DNA of 64,000 nucleotides from Diplonema japonicum (taxonomy: Eukaryota > Protista > Euglenozoa: Diplonemea), in NCBI GenBank assembly GCA_964019335.1, contig OZ025658.1, positions 620,001 to 684,000 on the forward strand. Reading direction: 5' to 3'. The stretch's first letter is position 1. Each line of letters starts with the position of its first letter. Both the position numbers and the translations under genes were made by a program. A model generated the notes under the pieces. It did not search any database and was not told the DNA's origin. It saw nothing but the letters and a program-made list of their open reading frames with translations. This document shows positions 46,733-57,767 of this stretch, one piece after another.

Positions 46733-48685
46733 ATGACGCAAGCAGAGAGCGAGAATTCCATCGCAATACTGCAAGCTCTCAAAGAGGAACTAAAACGGCT
46801 CACCGTGAAACGAACAAACGGGAAAGCAGCCCATTCAACAGAAACCCCGACGAACACCCTGCACAGGGACAGGATGACCACCGACGTGACCAGCCTGACG
46901 GCGAGCGGCAACGATTTCTTCGAGACCCTCGTCGGGAGGGAGACACAGGGCGCAACCGGGATGGGCCAGAACACAACATACAGAGACCCTTACTGCGTGG
47001 TTAAGTTCGAATGCAAAATACCAATGGAGCAACGTGTAGGGCGTGCTGCAGCATGCTTGTTGCTAGTCGCAGACAGCATACTGAGAAAAGGCGATTTTGA
47101 AGCTCACGACCACGGTCCTCTCTCCATGTCCTACACACCACTCCGAAAAGTATCATCCGCATCAAGTCTCCACCCTTACCAAGGCAGCACGCTACATTAC
47201 GGGACAGCGTTTTGCGGAACAATCCGTGATGACGAGGACACAGTGGAACTTGTTAGCTTCGCATCGAACCCTTCTCCCGCCATCACCATCACTGTTTGTG
47301 GCCGGCTGTTTGACGTAACTTGTTTCGGTGAACGGTCGAAGAAGTTTGCAACCGCTCACCAGATAGCAGGTGTCACCACTGACATCCTAACGAGGATCGC
47401 CTCCGAGGGCGGATCCGTGCTTCCCCAATCACTACTGTCACACAACACCCCGTCCATTTTAGGATCGCGTGCTTTAAGCCTTTTCAATGTCATCCTTGTC
47501 CCCGACTCAACAGCAGAGTCCCCACATGACGTTCTAAAGTACATGGATTCCTCCCCACACCGTTGGAAGGGTAAAGGTCTTGACATGTTTGTCTTCAGTG
47601 ACGGGTATATCGGGCTGGCGGGTGATAAGAGGCTTGTCGATGTTCACACGTTGGCTGACATTTCCGCGGGGCTGCACAGGGTTCTTGTCTCGGAGGAGGA
47701 GGACAATATTGGAGACAGAGACGCTTTGTACCAATGGTTGTCGGGTTTGCAAGCGGACTGCGGGCAGTCGTGGCTTGCCATCACAATCGACGAGCTGAAA
47801 ACTTCGCTGGAATCCGGCAGGCTAGCTGCGTCAAAACCACCCCCTGTACCATTAGACGCTCTATCCTGGTTGCGGCCCGACGACCCTTACCTACCATCAT
47901 CCGACCCCGGGGTAGTTGTGTACAACCCTTGTAATGCTTACGATCCGAATGATTCTTTAAAATGCGGTTTTTTCGCGGACCACGAGATGTCTCTGGAAGA
48001 CCTCGAACCGTGGGCCCCGGAATGCGTTGAGGTCCGCCGTACTGACCCCGAGACGATGCGGGGCGTATACAAGCAAAGCCTCCTTTTCGAGAAGAGGGTA
48101 GCAGAGTCATCGACAGGATTCCTGTTCGTCCGTTTTGAAGACACAGGTACGCTTATGATGCAGAAACTTGCAGCGGGGTCTTGTTACAGTCTGTATATAC
48201 CCTTGGTGTGTTACATTGCTGTGAAGAGGCTGGCGGAGGGGGGTTTTCTGTCGTACCAACTTCCAGACAAACAGGTTTTGTTCAATGATTTCACGTCACA
48301 TGAGTACTCGCCGCCAGGAGCCGAGGAGTTTCTGCGGTCGTTGAAGCTTGAGAAGGATATCTCCACACTTTGCCCCGAGGCCTCGCGAGTCTTGAAGGCG
48401 GCCCACATCGACGTGATCGATAACGCGCTTATGTTCGATCCGGAACCTGTTGCGCCCTCTGACCCCCTTACGGTCCACATAGTCGAGGTCCCCATATGGC
48501 TGTCCAATTCAGTCTGCTGCACGGCGCAGCCCTCAACGTTCTCCCACGTGTCGTTGCACTACACCCCCGCACAGGGGCACACGGACATGATGCTCTCGGG
48601 CGATCAGCGGTACCTCGGGGTATACGTCACGTATCTTCGAGAAGCGTTCCGCCTGCTGAAAAAAGTCATTGGGGAAAGGAAGTAA
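46733..48685 (+). CDS. Hypothetical protein (650 aa)
   Basis: Long ORF, ATG after an A-run, coding-like composition. No family recognised. Confidence 0.75.
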   Translation: MTQAESENSIAILQALKEELKRLTVKRTNGKAAHSTETPTNTLHRDRMTTDVTSLTASGNDFFETLVGRETQGATGMGQNTTYRDPYCVVKFECKIPMEQRVGRAAACLLLVADSILRKGDFEAHDHGPLSMSYTPLRKVSSASSLHPYQGSTLHYGTAFCGTIRDDEDTVELVSFASNPSPAITITVCGRLFDVTCFGERSKKFATAHQIAGVTTDILTRIASEGGSVLPQSLLSHNTPSILGSRALSLFNVILVPDSTAESPHDVLKYMDSSPHRWKGKGLDMFVFSDGYIGLAGDKRLVDVHTLADISAGLHRVLVSEEEDNIGDRDALYQWLSGLQADCGQSWLAITIDELKTSLESGRLAASKPPPVPLDALSWLRPDDPYLPSSDPGVVVYNPCNAYDPNDSLKCGFFADHEMSLEDLEPWAPECVEVRRTDPETMRGVYKQSLLFEKRVAESSTGFLFVRFEDTGTLMMQKLAAGSCYSLYIPLVCYIAVKRLAEGGFLSYQLPDKQVLFNDFTSHEYSPPGAEEFLRSLKLEKDISTLCPEASRVLKAAHIDVIDNALMFDPEPVAPSDPLTVHIVEVPIWLSNSVCCTAQPSTFSHVSLHYTPAQGHTDMMLSGDQRYLGVYVTYLREAFRLLKKVIGERK

Positions 48686-48858
48686 GAGAAAAAAAAAAAA
48701 AAAAGAAATCTCCTAGCTTCCGCAGGATTTTTTTTTTTTTTTTTTGTTTCCCCCATTTTTTTTTTCATTCAAAAAAAAAAAAAAAAAAAGAAAAGAAAAA
48801 AAGAAAAACACTGCAAGGGGAAAGCAAAAAAAAAAAAAAAAAAAAAAAAAGAAATAAT

Positions 48859-49857
48859 ATGGAGGACATTACGAACAAAATGGCCGGGTTGGCCGTTTCG
48901 CCGGTAAAGCCGATGGGCGTTCAAAGAAAGATTCCGAAGAAGCCGAGGAAGGTGTGGTCCTTGGACGATTTCGAGATCGGCCCGCTGAAGGGTGAGGGGA
49001 AGTACGGGAAGGTGCACGTCGCAAGGGTGAAGGGGATGAACCTAGTGTACGCCATGAAGGTCATGTCGCTGGCGGAGATCCAACCGGTACAGCTCGAGAG
49101 GGAGCTGGGTATCCACCGGGAACTGAGACACCCGCACATCGTCAGGCTCATCACATGGTTTGCAGACGAAGTTCAAGCTTACATGATCCTGGAATGGTGC
49201 AACAATGGCTCCATCTACGAAAAAATGTACCGACACGGTTGCCAAGGGTTCGACGAGCCCACCGCTGCAAAATTCGTCGCTCAGCTCACGGAAGCTGTGC
49301 ACTATCTCCACTCCCTGAACCCTCCCATTTTGCACAGGGACATCAAGCCGGAGAACACTTTTCTCGACCAGCATGATGATCTCAAGTTGGGTGATTTCGG
49401 GTGGTCGGCAGCCATGCGGAACTGCCGGCCTCGTAAGACTATATGTGGTACACCTGAGTATCAAGCCCCTGAACTGTGCAAGGAACAACCTTACGGCAAG
49501 GAGCTTGATGCATGGACCATTGGGGTCTTCTCATTTGAGATGTGCTATGGGCGCGCGCCTTTCGAGGTTGCTGATGATGCTCCTCCGCAGGAGGTGTGAG
49601 TTTTTTTTGGGGGGAAAAAAAAAATCTACAGTTAGCGCACAAGATTACTAATTCTTCGTTGGTTTTCCCGTCGAGTCCAAATGTGTCGCCGGCTGCGAAA
49701 AACCTGATTTCGAACCTTCTCAGGAAGCGTCCCGAGGATAGGATTACTGTGCCCGAGGTATGTGTTTGGAGGAGGGAAAAAAAAAAGAAGAAAAAAAAAG
49801 ATTCTGGAGCACAGTTGGATTCAAGACAACTATTACGCACTCAGGGAACAGATGTGA
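48859..49857 (+). CDS. Aurora-like Ser/Thr kinase
   Basis: WSLDDFEIG..GEGKYGKV, HRDIKPEN, DFGWS and RKTICGTPEY. Introns 49594-49631 and 49758-49800 restore subdomain XI (AKNLISNLLRKRPEDRI..ILEHSWI). Confidence 0.9.
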
Positions 49858-50134
49858 TACACTCCCCTTTTCTTCATCCCCCCCTTTTTTTTGTATAGAA
49901 ACTTCTTTCTTTTTCTTTATTTCCCTATATTTTTGTCCTCGTTGGCTTTTTGTGTTAAAAAAAATAGCGTTTTTTTATTTTATTTTATTTTATTCTAGAT
50001 TTCCTTTTTTTTTTTCTTCTTTCCTTCTTTCTCTTGTGCCTCGGGAACGGTGGAGCAGAAGAAAAACAACAAAAAAAGAACAGTACTTATGTATTTTTTT
50101 TTTGCATGAACAAGAAAAACAATATATTGATAAT

Positions 50135-50235
50135 GAATTGTTATTGCTAAAAAGAGTAGTGGTGGCATTGTTGGGCTTATCCTTCTACAGGTTAACCCCG
50201 GCTGTGCACAAACAACAATCAACCGACTCTTTTTT
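50135..50235 (+). repeat. Conserved non-coding element, copy 1 (predicted hairpin)
   Basis: GAATTGTTATTGC..AAAAGAGTAG..GGCATTGT..CCGGCT.TGCACAAACAACAATCAACCGACTCTTTTTT. The same blocks recur in the same order at 51208-51325. Confidence 0.7.
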
Positions 50236-50515
50236 CTGCCTTATACGAAAGGGAAGGGAAAAGAAAGGGGGAAAAAAAAGAAATGCTGTCAGAAACAACA
50301 AAAAACCGCTCTGTCCCATACCCTCCCCCCCCCGTCCTTCCCGTATATTAGATTTGTTTTTTCCCATCCCCCTTTACCCCCCTCCTCCCCTGCTTTTTTT
50401 TATAGAAAATTTCCCTCCGCTCTTGTATCTACATTTCATTTACCCCCTTTTTTTTTCCCGCAAAAAAAAAAAGAAAAAAAATAGAGGAGGAGTAGGGGGG
50501 AGAGAAAAAAAAATA

Positions 50516-51088
50516 ATGGACCTTGGAGGGTATGAGCCACTATTGGCGGGAATGTTGATTAAAATAATAGACGACACTATAGATGATGGGATATGGTGCG
50601 AACGGGGTGTTCTCCCCCTGACGGTGATGGCGTGCTGCCTGGTGTTCCAAGAGATGATGCAGTCGGAAGGGAAGTCCGTGATGATGACAGCCTTCACCCT
50701 CGCTTGCTGCGAAACCAAGGGAATCGACAACTGGTATTTCTTGGCCTCCACCATAGGTGTCTTCGCTGTAGCAGGCTATCAGTTGGGAAACGCCGCATTT
50801 CTCACCAACTTCCACCAGCAAATGTGCCTCATGGGCACGGCATATTCAGGAACGCTGGCCACCCGTTGTGATGAGGGGGTTGAAGCGTTGTTCGGTTTCG
50901 CAGCGAAGACCTTATTCCGCTTTAGCATCGGGATGTTCGTCGCTCAGGCACGTCCTTTCGTACCTGAAGCCTTCCTTGCTCAGCACGACTTCCTTGCTTT
51001 GTTCATCTTGGGGTACTTCGTGGGCCACATCCTTTCCATACCGCAGCTGTACTGGAAGCACGGCGCGGACAGAATTGTAAAAGGATGA
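50516..51088 (+). CDS. Orphan multi-pass membrane protein (190 aa)
   Basis: ATG at 50516, several hydrophobic segments, motifs GMLIKIIDDTIDD and KGIDNWYF. Confidence 0.75.
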   Translation: MDLGGYEPLLAGMLIKIIDDTIDDGIWCERGVLPLTVMACCLVFQEMMQSEGKSVMMTAFTLACCETKGIDNWYFLASTIGVFAVAGYQLGNAAFLTNFHQQMCLMGTAYSGTLATRCDEGVEALFGFAAKTLFRFSIGMFVAQARPFVPEAFLAQHDFLALFILGYFVGHILSIPQLYWKHGADRIVKG

Positions 51089-51207
51089 GAACGGCATCTT
51101 TTTTTTTTTTTTTTTTTTTTTTTCCTCTTCCCCCCCCCCCCCCCCCCCTTATTTGCTCCGATTTTTCAATTTGACTTTTCTGTCGCGTTAATTTGCTTTT
51201 TACAAGA

Positions 51208-51325
51208 GAATTGTTATTGCAAAAAAAAAAAAAAAAAGAAGGGGGAAAAAAAAAGAGTAGAGGGCAGTTGTAGGTGAAAAAAAAAAAAACCGGCTTGGCA
51301 CAAACAATCAGCCGACCTCTTTTTT
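51208..51325 (+). repeat. Conserved non-coding element, copy 2
   Basis: GAATTGTTATTGC..AAAAGAGTAG..GGCAGTTGT..CCGGCTTGGCACAAACAATCAGCCGACCTCTTTTTT. Confidence 0.7.
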
Positions 51326-51446
51326 ATTTATTTCTTTTTTTAAATTCTTATTTTTAGCACCATCACAGGGGGGTCACAGAGGGGAGTATTTGGAAAAGGA
51401 AAAAAGGAGAAAAAAAAAAAGAAATTAAAAAAGAAGGTAAGCCACC

Positions 51447-54044
51447 ATGCAAGCCCTCCCGCTGTTGTTTGCAACGGCGTTCGCTCAAACGGTGGACTTC
51501 GGGACCGACGAGGCGATGGTGTCCTTCGGTCTCGGGTCGAACTTCGGTACGGTGACGCAGCTGAAGAGAAAAGGCCAGGATCTCCTGGGGGACGGGTCCA
51601 AGGACGCCCTGTGGTCCGCCACCTTGGTCGCTGGGCAGGGCGGGCAGCAGCACATCGACTCCAACACGAAGGCAGTGACGTCGCACAAGATCTCCACCGA
51701 CAAGACCACCCTGACCCTCTCCTGGAGCAACATGGAGGTCTACAACACTCACGTCAACACCACTGTGACAGTCACCTCAACAGGTTCGTCCCTTTCGTTC
51801 TCCCTCTCCTTCGACTCCACCGGCGAGGTGTCCTTGTGGGGGTGGCAGTTCACCATCTCCGAGGTCAAGCTGTACCCCGCGTCGTTCATGCTTGAAAACC
51901 ACGGTTTCGGGATCCTCCACGCATGCTCCTCAACAGACCCGACGAGAACCATCGAGAGGGAACAGGGGAACGATTGCAAATTCAAGAAAATCGAAAACTC
52001 GTACATTCCAATGTGCGCAAGGGGGGTCGGGTACTGCCAGACACATGGCAGCCTCGAAGCCGCACAAAACTCCTGCAAGAAACAAGCAGGGTGCTCTGGT
52101 ATCACCAGAACCCGCCGTGGCTACGAGCTTCGAGGTGGGGACAGCGCCGAAGGTTCACGTGACGAGACTTCATGGATCGCGCAAGGCTGCCACAAGGAGG
52201 TGTCGGAACCTGTTGCGTGCGGGCAGTTCGGCAACGACTACCCCCAGGCCACCTACCAGTTCGTGTCTGCCTACGACTCGTCCCTCCCCGATTCCGGGAT
52301 CTACCTAGCAGCCCATGACGGCACCGGTGCTTCAAAACACTTCCAAGCCGACGTTTCCCAGTACAGCAACCCATCCACTACACTGTCCATCTCCGCCACC
52401 GCAAGCGACGCCGGGCTTCCTTTGAAACACCATGTTGTAGAGTACCCATTAGTCCTGGCCACCTTTGACGGTGACTGGTACGACTCCACCCAGATATACC
52501 GTTCATGGGCGTTAAACAACGCCGGGTGGACCAAGAAGGGCCCCGTTGCGATGCGACCCGACGTGCCCAAGTGGTTGAACAATGTCACTACGTGGGTTAA
52601 CTCGCACTGGCAGGGGAACGACATCTTCAACACGTCAGGAGGCGACCCGGAGGTGGTGAAGAACAGGGTCATGGCGTTGAAGGAAAGGTTCAACCTCGGC
52701 AAGGCCGAGATGGGCCTCCACTGGTACGAGTGGGACCTCCTCGGGTACGAGGCCGGATCGAACTACACCAAATGCGGTTCAGAAATCACCTGTGGCTTCG
52801 ACACGCACTACCCTGAGTACTTCCCAACAAGACAGGGCTTCTCGGAGAACCTGAAAACAATGCAGCAAAACGGAATCCGCGTCACCCCGTACATCAACGG
52901 GAGGATCTTCGACATCTCGACAAAAACCTGGACGAAGGACGGGGCTGTGAAGTACGCTGCAAAGCAAGCCTACCCGCAGATGAACCCAACGCAAGGCTCG
53001 CTGAGCACCTACTTCGAGTCGTACGGCAGCGAGGCGCAGTTCAACGTAATGTGCCCGCACACTGATTACTGGCAGGATATTATTTCAAACGTAACCGCAA
53101 AGATTGTGAATGAGCTTGGGACGGACGGGGTGTACCTTGATCAGATCGCGTCTGCGGGACCGAAGCCGTGTTGGGACGACAGCCACGGCCACACGCTGGG
53201 CGGTGGCAGCCACTGGAGCTCCGGCTACCAAGCCATGCTTCAAAAAGCCCGAACAAAATCCGGCAACAACGCTGTCCTCCTCACAGAATCCAACGCTGAA
53301 CCGTTCATGGACGGTGTTACTATATACCTCACCTTGGTGGGGTACTCTTCCGCGCCCTTTGAAGGCGAGAGGAAGCTTGTCAACGCGTTCGGAGCGATCT
53401 ATGGTGGGTACTACTATTCAATGGGAGCCGAGTTCTTCCAGCAGGATTTCACCCCGAACCCAGACGTGTTTTCCGCAAAACTAGCAAAGATGCTCCTGTT
53501 CGGGTCGCAGCTAGGGTGGTTCAGCATGGGCGGGAGGAACAACCAAAATCCCCCTATGGGGATTATCGAGTACCTTCTTGATGATCAATACACCCCGGAA
53601 ATCCAGTATTTGAAGGCGTTAAGCGATGCAAAATTGCTGTCGAACCCTTGGACGACTGATGGTAGGCCGACGAGGGACTTGGTGTTGAAGACCACCTCCA
53701 CAAGGGTTCAGGTTGCCGGGCATCCCCGTACCTCGAGGAATGTAACTTCGGAGTTCAAATCCGGGCTTTCAAGTACTTCGTTAGGTATGGACTACGACCC
53801 TGTGATGTCGGCTTGCTTCACGTCACCGTCTTCTTCATTGTTGTGTATGATAACCTCTGTCAATAGGCAGGGTGATCATGATTTTTCGTTCACCCTGACA
53901 CCTTCTAAATTCAACCTCCCAGCCGGGACGGTCAAGTTGACCAACCTCGCTACTGGAGAGCTGCTTAACACCTTCACCGGTGACGTGAGCTACAGTGGGA
54001 AGATAGCGAGCCACACCGTTCTTCTGTTGAAGATGGAAGTGTAA
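51447..54044 (+). CDS. Secreted DUF6259-type putative glycoside hydrolase with inserted Cys-rich module
   Basis: Signal peptide; HWYEW, FDTHYPEYFP, PYINGRIFD, MCP.T.YWQ, GVYLDQIA, C.D.SHGH..GGG.HW and TESNAEPF. Confidence 0.75.
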   Translation: MQALPLLFATAFAQTVDFGTDEAMVSFGLGSNFGTVTQLKRKGQDLLGDGSKDALWSATLVAGQGGQQHIDSNTKAVTSHKISTDKTTLTLSWSNMEVYNTHVNTTVTVTSTGSSLSFSLSFDSTGEVSLWGWQFTISEVKLYPASFMLENHGFGILHACSSTDPTRTIEREQGNDCKFKKIENSYIPMCARGVGYCQTHGSLEAAQNSCKKQAGCSGITRTRRGYELRGGDSAEGSRDETSWIAQGCHKEVSEPVACGQFGNDYPQATYQFVSAYDSSLPDSGIYLAAHDGTGASKHFQADVSQYSNPSTTLSISATASDAGLPLKHHVVEYPLVLATFDGDWYDSTQIYRSWALNNAGWTKKGPVAMRPDVPKWLNNVTTWVNSHWQGNDIFNTSGGDPEVVKNRVMALKERFNLGKAEMGLHWYEWDLLGYEAGSNYTKCGSEITCGFDTHYPEYFPTRQGFSENLKTMQQNGIRVTPYINGRIFDISTKTWTKDGAVKYAAKQAYPQMNPTQGSLSTYFESYGSEAQFNVMCPHTDYWQDIISNVTAKIVNELGTDGVYLDQIASAGPKPCWDDSHGHTLGGGSHWSSGYQAMLQKARTKSGNNAVLLTESNAEPFMDGVTIYLTLVGYSSAPFEGERKLVNAFGAIYGGYYYSMGAEFFQQDFTPNPDVFSAKLAKMLLFGSQLGWFSMGGRNNQNPPMGIIEYLLDDQYTPEIQYLKALSDAKLLSNPWTTDGRPTRDLVLKTTSTRVQVAGHPRTSRNVTSEFKSGLSSTSLGMDYDPVMSACFTSPSSSLLCMITSVNRQGDHDFSFTLTPSKFNLPAGTVKLTNLATGELLNTFTGDVSYSGKIASHTVLLLKMEV

Positions 54045-54437
54045 GAAAAAAAAAGAAGGAAAAAAAAAAGGGGGCCCTTCCCAGCGTGATGTGTTAAAAA
54101 AAATTTTTTTTGATGAAGGATGAGGGGGGGAATTAAAAAAAAAAAATTAGGGTGTATTTAGAAAGAGAAGAGGTAGAAGAAGAAATAAAAAATTGAGGTT
54201 ATCCCCCCCCCCCCCCCCCCCTTCCCCTGTGCGTATGGGTTTGTATTTAAATTATTTTTTTCTTTATGTGTTTTCCTTGATTCTGCCACCATCAACATAT
54301 TGCATGTAGTTAAGGGGGTGGGGGGTTTTTTTTATTTCCTCCTTTCCTTTCTCACGTCTGCTTCATTGTTGTTATAAAAAGAAAGAAATCGTTAGGTGGC
54401 TTTCCCCCCTTTTTTTTTCGTTCTCTTTTTGTTGTTG

Positions 54438-54550
<113 letters not shown>

Positions 54551-55149
54551 AGAGTCGTCAAAATTAAAAGAATTTTTTGTTTTTTCGCATCATCTGTTTT
54601 CTCCCCCCCCCTTTTTTTTTACCCTTCCCCTGAGATGAACAAAAAAAAAAGAAGAAAGAAGAGTGGTCAACACACACAGCCAAGAAATGTTTTTTATTTT
54701 TATTCTTCTTTTAATTACTTTTTCTTTCCCGTAACCGATCGGTTTTCTTCTTATATTATTGCAGTTATCAAAACAAGAACAAACACATTAAGAACGTTTG
54801 AAGGGATGTAGCCGCGTTGCGTGTACAAAAGAAAAAAGAAAAAAAAGAAACATAACCTTTTCTTTACCCTCCCTTTTTTGTACAACAAAATAATAAAAAA
54901 AGAAAATTTACCCTTCTTACAAGTGCGCGTTGCAAAAGCCCTTCCTCCTTCCCCCCGCCTCTACTTTTTTTCTCTCTCTCTCTTTCACCCCCCGGCACTT
55001 TTTTTTTTTTACCTCCCCCTTCCATTCTTCTCTTTCTTTCCCTTTATCCTTTTTTTTAAAAAATTTCTTTTTTAGATGTTCGAGAAGAAAAAATTGTTGA
55101 AAGGGGGAGGGAGGGGGAGGACCTCGCTTTGAGGGGGGGGAAAAAAAAA

Positions 55150-55499
55150 ATGGAAGGCGTGTGTCCCGAACGGGAGGAGCTGTGCATTCACACCAACACA
55201 GGAGGACTCTTGGGCTTTAGTAGATTTGGAAAAAATCAAGCGGCATGCAGTATAGTAATGGACTTCGACCTGACGATATCGTCCATACACGTGTGGAACA
55301 CGTTGGCGCGAACGGGCGACATCTCCGCCGGAAGGATCCCAAGGGATCTGTCGCCAGAGCAAATCTTCGGTGGAAGGAGCAGATTGAGGGAGCTGGAAGG
55401 ACTGTTTTCAGCACTAGAGGCAAAAGGGGTGCAAATATGCATTCTGACAAACAACTACAGCGACGTGGTTCAAAAATGCATGGAAGCTGCTAATTTAGA

Positions 55500-55551
<52 letters not shown>

Positions 55552-55645
55552 CGTTTCCCCATTTCCCCCCAAGGTTCGTTCCAGACATCATAGGGAGAGA
55601 ACAACCAGGCACAAAGGGGCAAATCGTAGCACGGTTACGGGTATG

Positions 55646-55677
<32 letters not shown>

Positions 55678-55866
55678 CCTTAACTTCTTGTACAGGATAG
55701 TCTAAGTGCGTCGGCTCAGGACCAATGGATTTTCGTTGATGACGATCCGCACAATGTGAGGAACGTCCACCTTGCGACCCAAGGGGGTGTCGTTACCGTT
55801 CTTATAGACGGGGGTCTGGGGATGCAAAGAGACCACTTTCAAAAGATTTTAAGCATGGTCGCATAA
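55150..55866 (+). CDS. HAD-superfamily hydrolase/phosphatase-like protein
   Basis: Motif I MDFDLTIS and motif II ILTNN. Introns 55503-55573 and 55641-55695 add TKG and motif IV IFVDDDPHNV. Confidence 0.82.
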
Positions 55867-55918
55867 TGTGAGGGGAAAGGGGGGGGATATTTTTTTTCCG
55901 TTACTCTACTGATTTGTT

Positions 55919-55957
<39 letters not shown>

Positions 55958-56062
55958 ACTACCTACCCCCTCTTTTTTATATTCCCTCCCCCCCCATAAT
56001 TTTTTTTACCCCGTATTGTGTTGGGAAAAAAAAAAAAAAAAAAAAAGAGAGAGAGAGAGCAA

Positions 56063-56416
56063 ATGTTGAGACACACAATAGGCCGGTTTTGCTACAATGT
56101 AACAAACCCGAAGGTGATGGTGGATCTGTGTGTGGTTCCCATGAAAGAGACAGGCGGAACCTCCGTGTCTAAAGAAGTCGCGGCGGTCGAAAAAATAATA
56201 AGAAGCAGCGGTCTGAAAACACAGCTGCACGCCTACGGGACGAACATCGAAGGCCCGTGGGACGAGGTATTCCAGCTAGTGAAAGAGTGCCACCTGGAGC
56301 TACACAACAGGCACGGTGTGGCAAGGATAACATCCTCAATGCGGTTCGGGACAAGGCTCGACAAGGAGTCGACAATAGAGGGGAAAATGCAGAGCCTCGA
56401 AGACAAGCTGGCGTAG
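56063..56416 (+). CDS. MTH1187/YqgV (UPF0045, thiamine-binding/ECM15-like) protein
   Basis: DLCVVPM..TSVSKEVA, LHAYGTNIEGPWDEV, CH..LH..GV.RI and GTR.DK. The N-terminus MLRHTIGRF resembles a mitochondrial presequence. Confidence 0.88.
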   Translation: MLRHTIGRFCYNVTNPKVMVDLCVVPMKETGGTSVSKEVAAVEKIIRSSGLKTQLHAYGTNIEGPWDEVFQLVKECHLELHNRHGVARITSSMRFGTRLDKESTIEGKMQSLEDKLA

Positions 56417-56496
56417 TTATTATTTTTCTTTACCACTTTCACATACTTTCTTTTTTTTTTTTTTTTTTTTTTAACGCCACCCTTACCAGTAGTACA

Positions 56497-57309
56497 ATGT
56501 GCATAACTGCCTTCCTGATACGCCGGTCTGGGAGGTTTCGATTCATATTTATAGGAAACCGAGACGAATTTCCCCGTGGGACGGATGACGTTCAGTTGGG
56601 TAAAGACGGTGTTTTATGTGCTCGGGATGAAAAAGCAGGTGGGACGCAGTGCGGGTACAACACGGTGGAAAAGATTATCGCAAACCTAACAAATGTTCGA
56701 AAGCAAGCTGTGAAGGATGGAGCGCGGTCTAGAGGGATGCTGGTCGATGATGCCCTTCACGGGAAAGAAATTGACATGACAACCAAATTAGAATATGCCG
56801 GGTTCAATCTCCTTACATACAATGTAACAACAGGCATCGCGGAGTACCGAACCAACAGCCTGCAGTGGACGGGTCCTGATGTCACCACTATTACGGAAGG
56901 TGCTCATTGTGTTTCAAATTCGTTTTTAAACGATTCGTCATGGCCGAAGGTAACACGGCTTCGTGCGTCTTTAGAAACCCTTTTATCTGAGACTGCTGTA
57001 GACACCACCACACCTGACTTAATGCAGAATCTTTCGTCCCTTTTATGCGAAACTTTCAACACCAAGGCTTACCCCCGCGACTTGGACGATCCTGAGCAAA
57101 ACCCCTACGCCTCTGTTGAGGAGGACCTTCAAAGCGGTATCTGGGTCACAGCCGATGTTGACGGCCGTGTTTTTCGCACGCGGTACCAAACCGTCATGGT
57201 GGTTGAGCAACCTGTAGAGACCGGCCCGCTGCTTCTTCACTACTGGTACCGAACCACAGACAGCCCAACACAGCACGGGGACTGGAGGCAGTTCACTTAC
57301 AAGATTTAA
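56497..57309 (+). CDS. TANGO2: TANGO2/NRDE-family protein
   Basis: MCI start, GNRDEF, RD.KAGGT, LTNVR, SRG.LV, YAGFNLL, SNS.LN..WPKV and TR..TV. Confidence 0.88.
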   Translation: MCITAFLIRRSGRFRFIFIGNRDEFPRGTDDVQLGKDGVLCARDEKAGGTQCGYNTVEKIIANLTNVRKQAVKDGARSRGMLVDDALHGKEIDMTTKLEYAGFNLLTYNVTTGIAEYRTNSLQWTGPDVTTITEGAHCVSNSFLNDSSWPKVTRLRASLETLLSETAVDTTTPDLMQNLSSLLCETFNTKAYPRDLDDPEQNPYASVEEDLQSGIWVTADVDGRVFRTRYQTVMVVEQPVETGPLLLHYWYRTTDSPTQHGDWRQFTYKI

Positions 57310-57535
57310 AGGAGGGATATTTTTTTGGGGGGGTATCTGAGTCCCCCCCCTTTTTTTTTGGACAAGAAGAAAAAGGGGGGAAGAAAGAAGAAAAGAAGAA
57401 AAGAAAACCGGCTTACTAACCTAACTATCTCCCCCCCCTCCCCTCCCCCTTATATAAAAAGAAATACTAAAAATAAAAGAAGAACTAAGTGTTTTCTTTT
57501 TTTTACTTATTTTTTATTTCACCTCTTTTCCCCCC

Positions 57536-57767
57536 CAGTAACACACAAAAAAAAAAAGATAAACCGCACAAAAAAAAAGGAGGAAAAAATGAAAGCACTC
57601 CTCGCGTTCATGTGACGATGCAGGTAAACATGAACTTCGCGGCATGCTCCGGCGAGACGACCGACGGGTGCAACGTGAAGAAGGCGGAGAGCGACTTCCC
57701 GCCTTGAGACGACCTGGACGCCAATAACCTCGCAGGCTTCAACGTCAAGCTCTTCGACGCCATCTGC
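57536..57767 (+). pseudogene. Truncated, disabled copy of the 5' part of the solute-binding protein gene at 60758
   Basis: Near-identical to 60708-60967, including the 5' leader. It has deletions, an early TGA at 57613 and a TGG>TGA change near 57705. Homology stops abruptly after GCCATCTGC. Confidence 0.92.

Noticed and set aside
9101-49857. Stop-codon readthrough, frameshifting or an alternative genetic code to explain truncated C-termini
   Set aside because: Each truncation is resolved by a GT-AG intron under the standard code.
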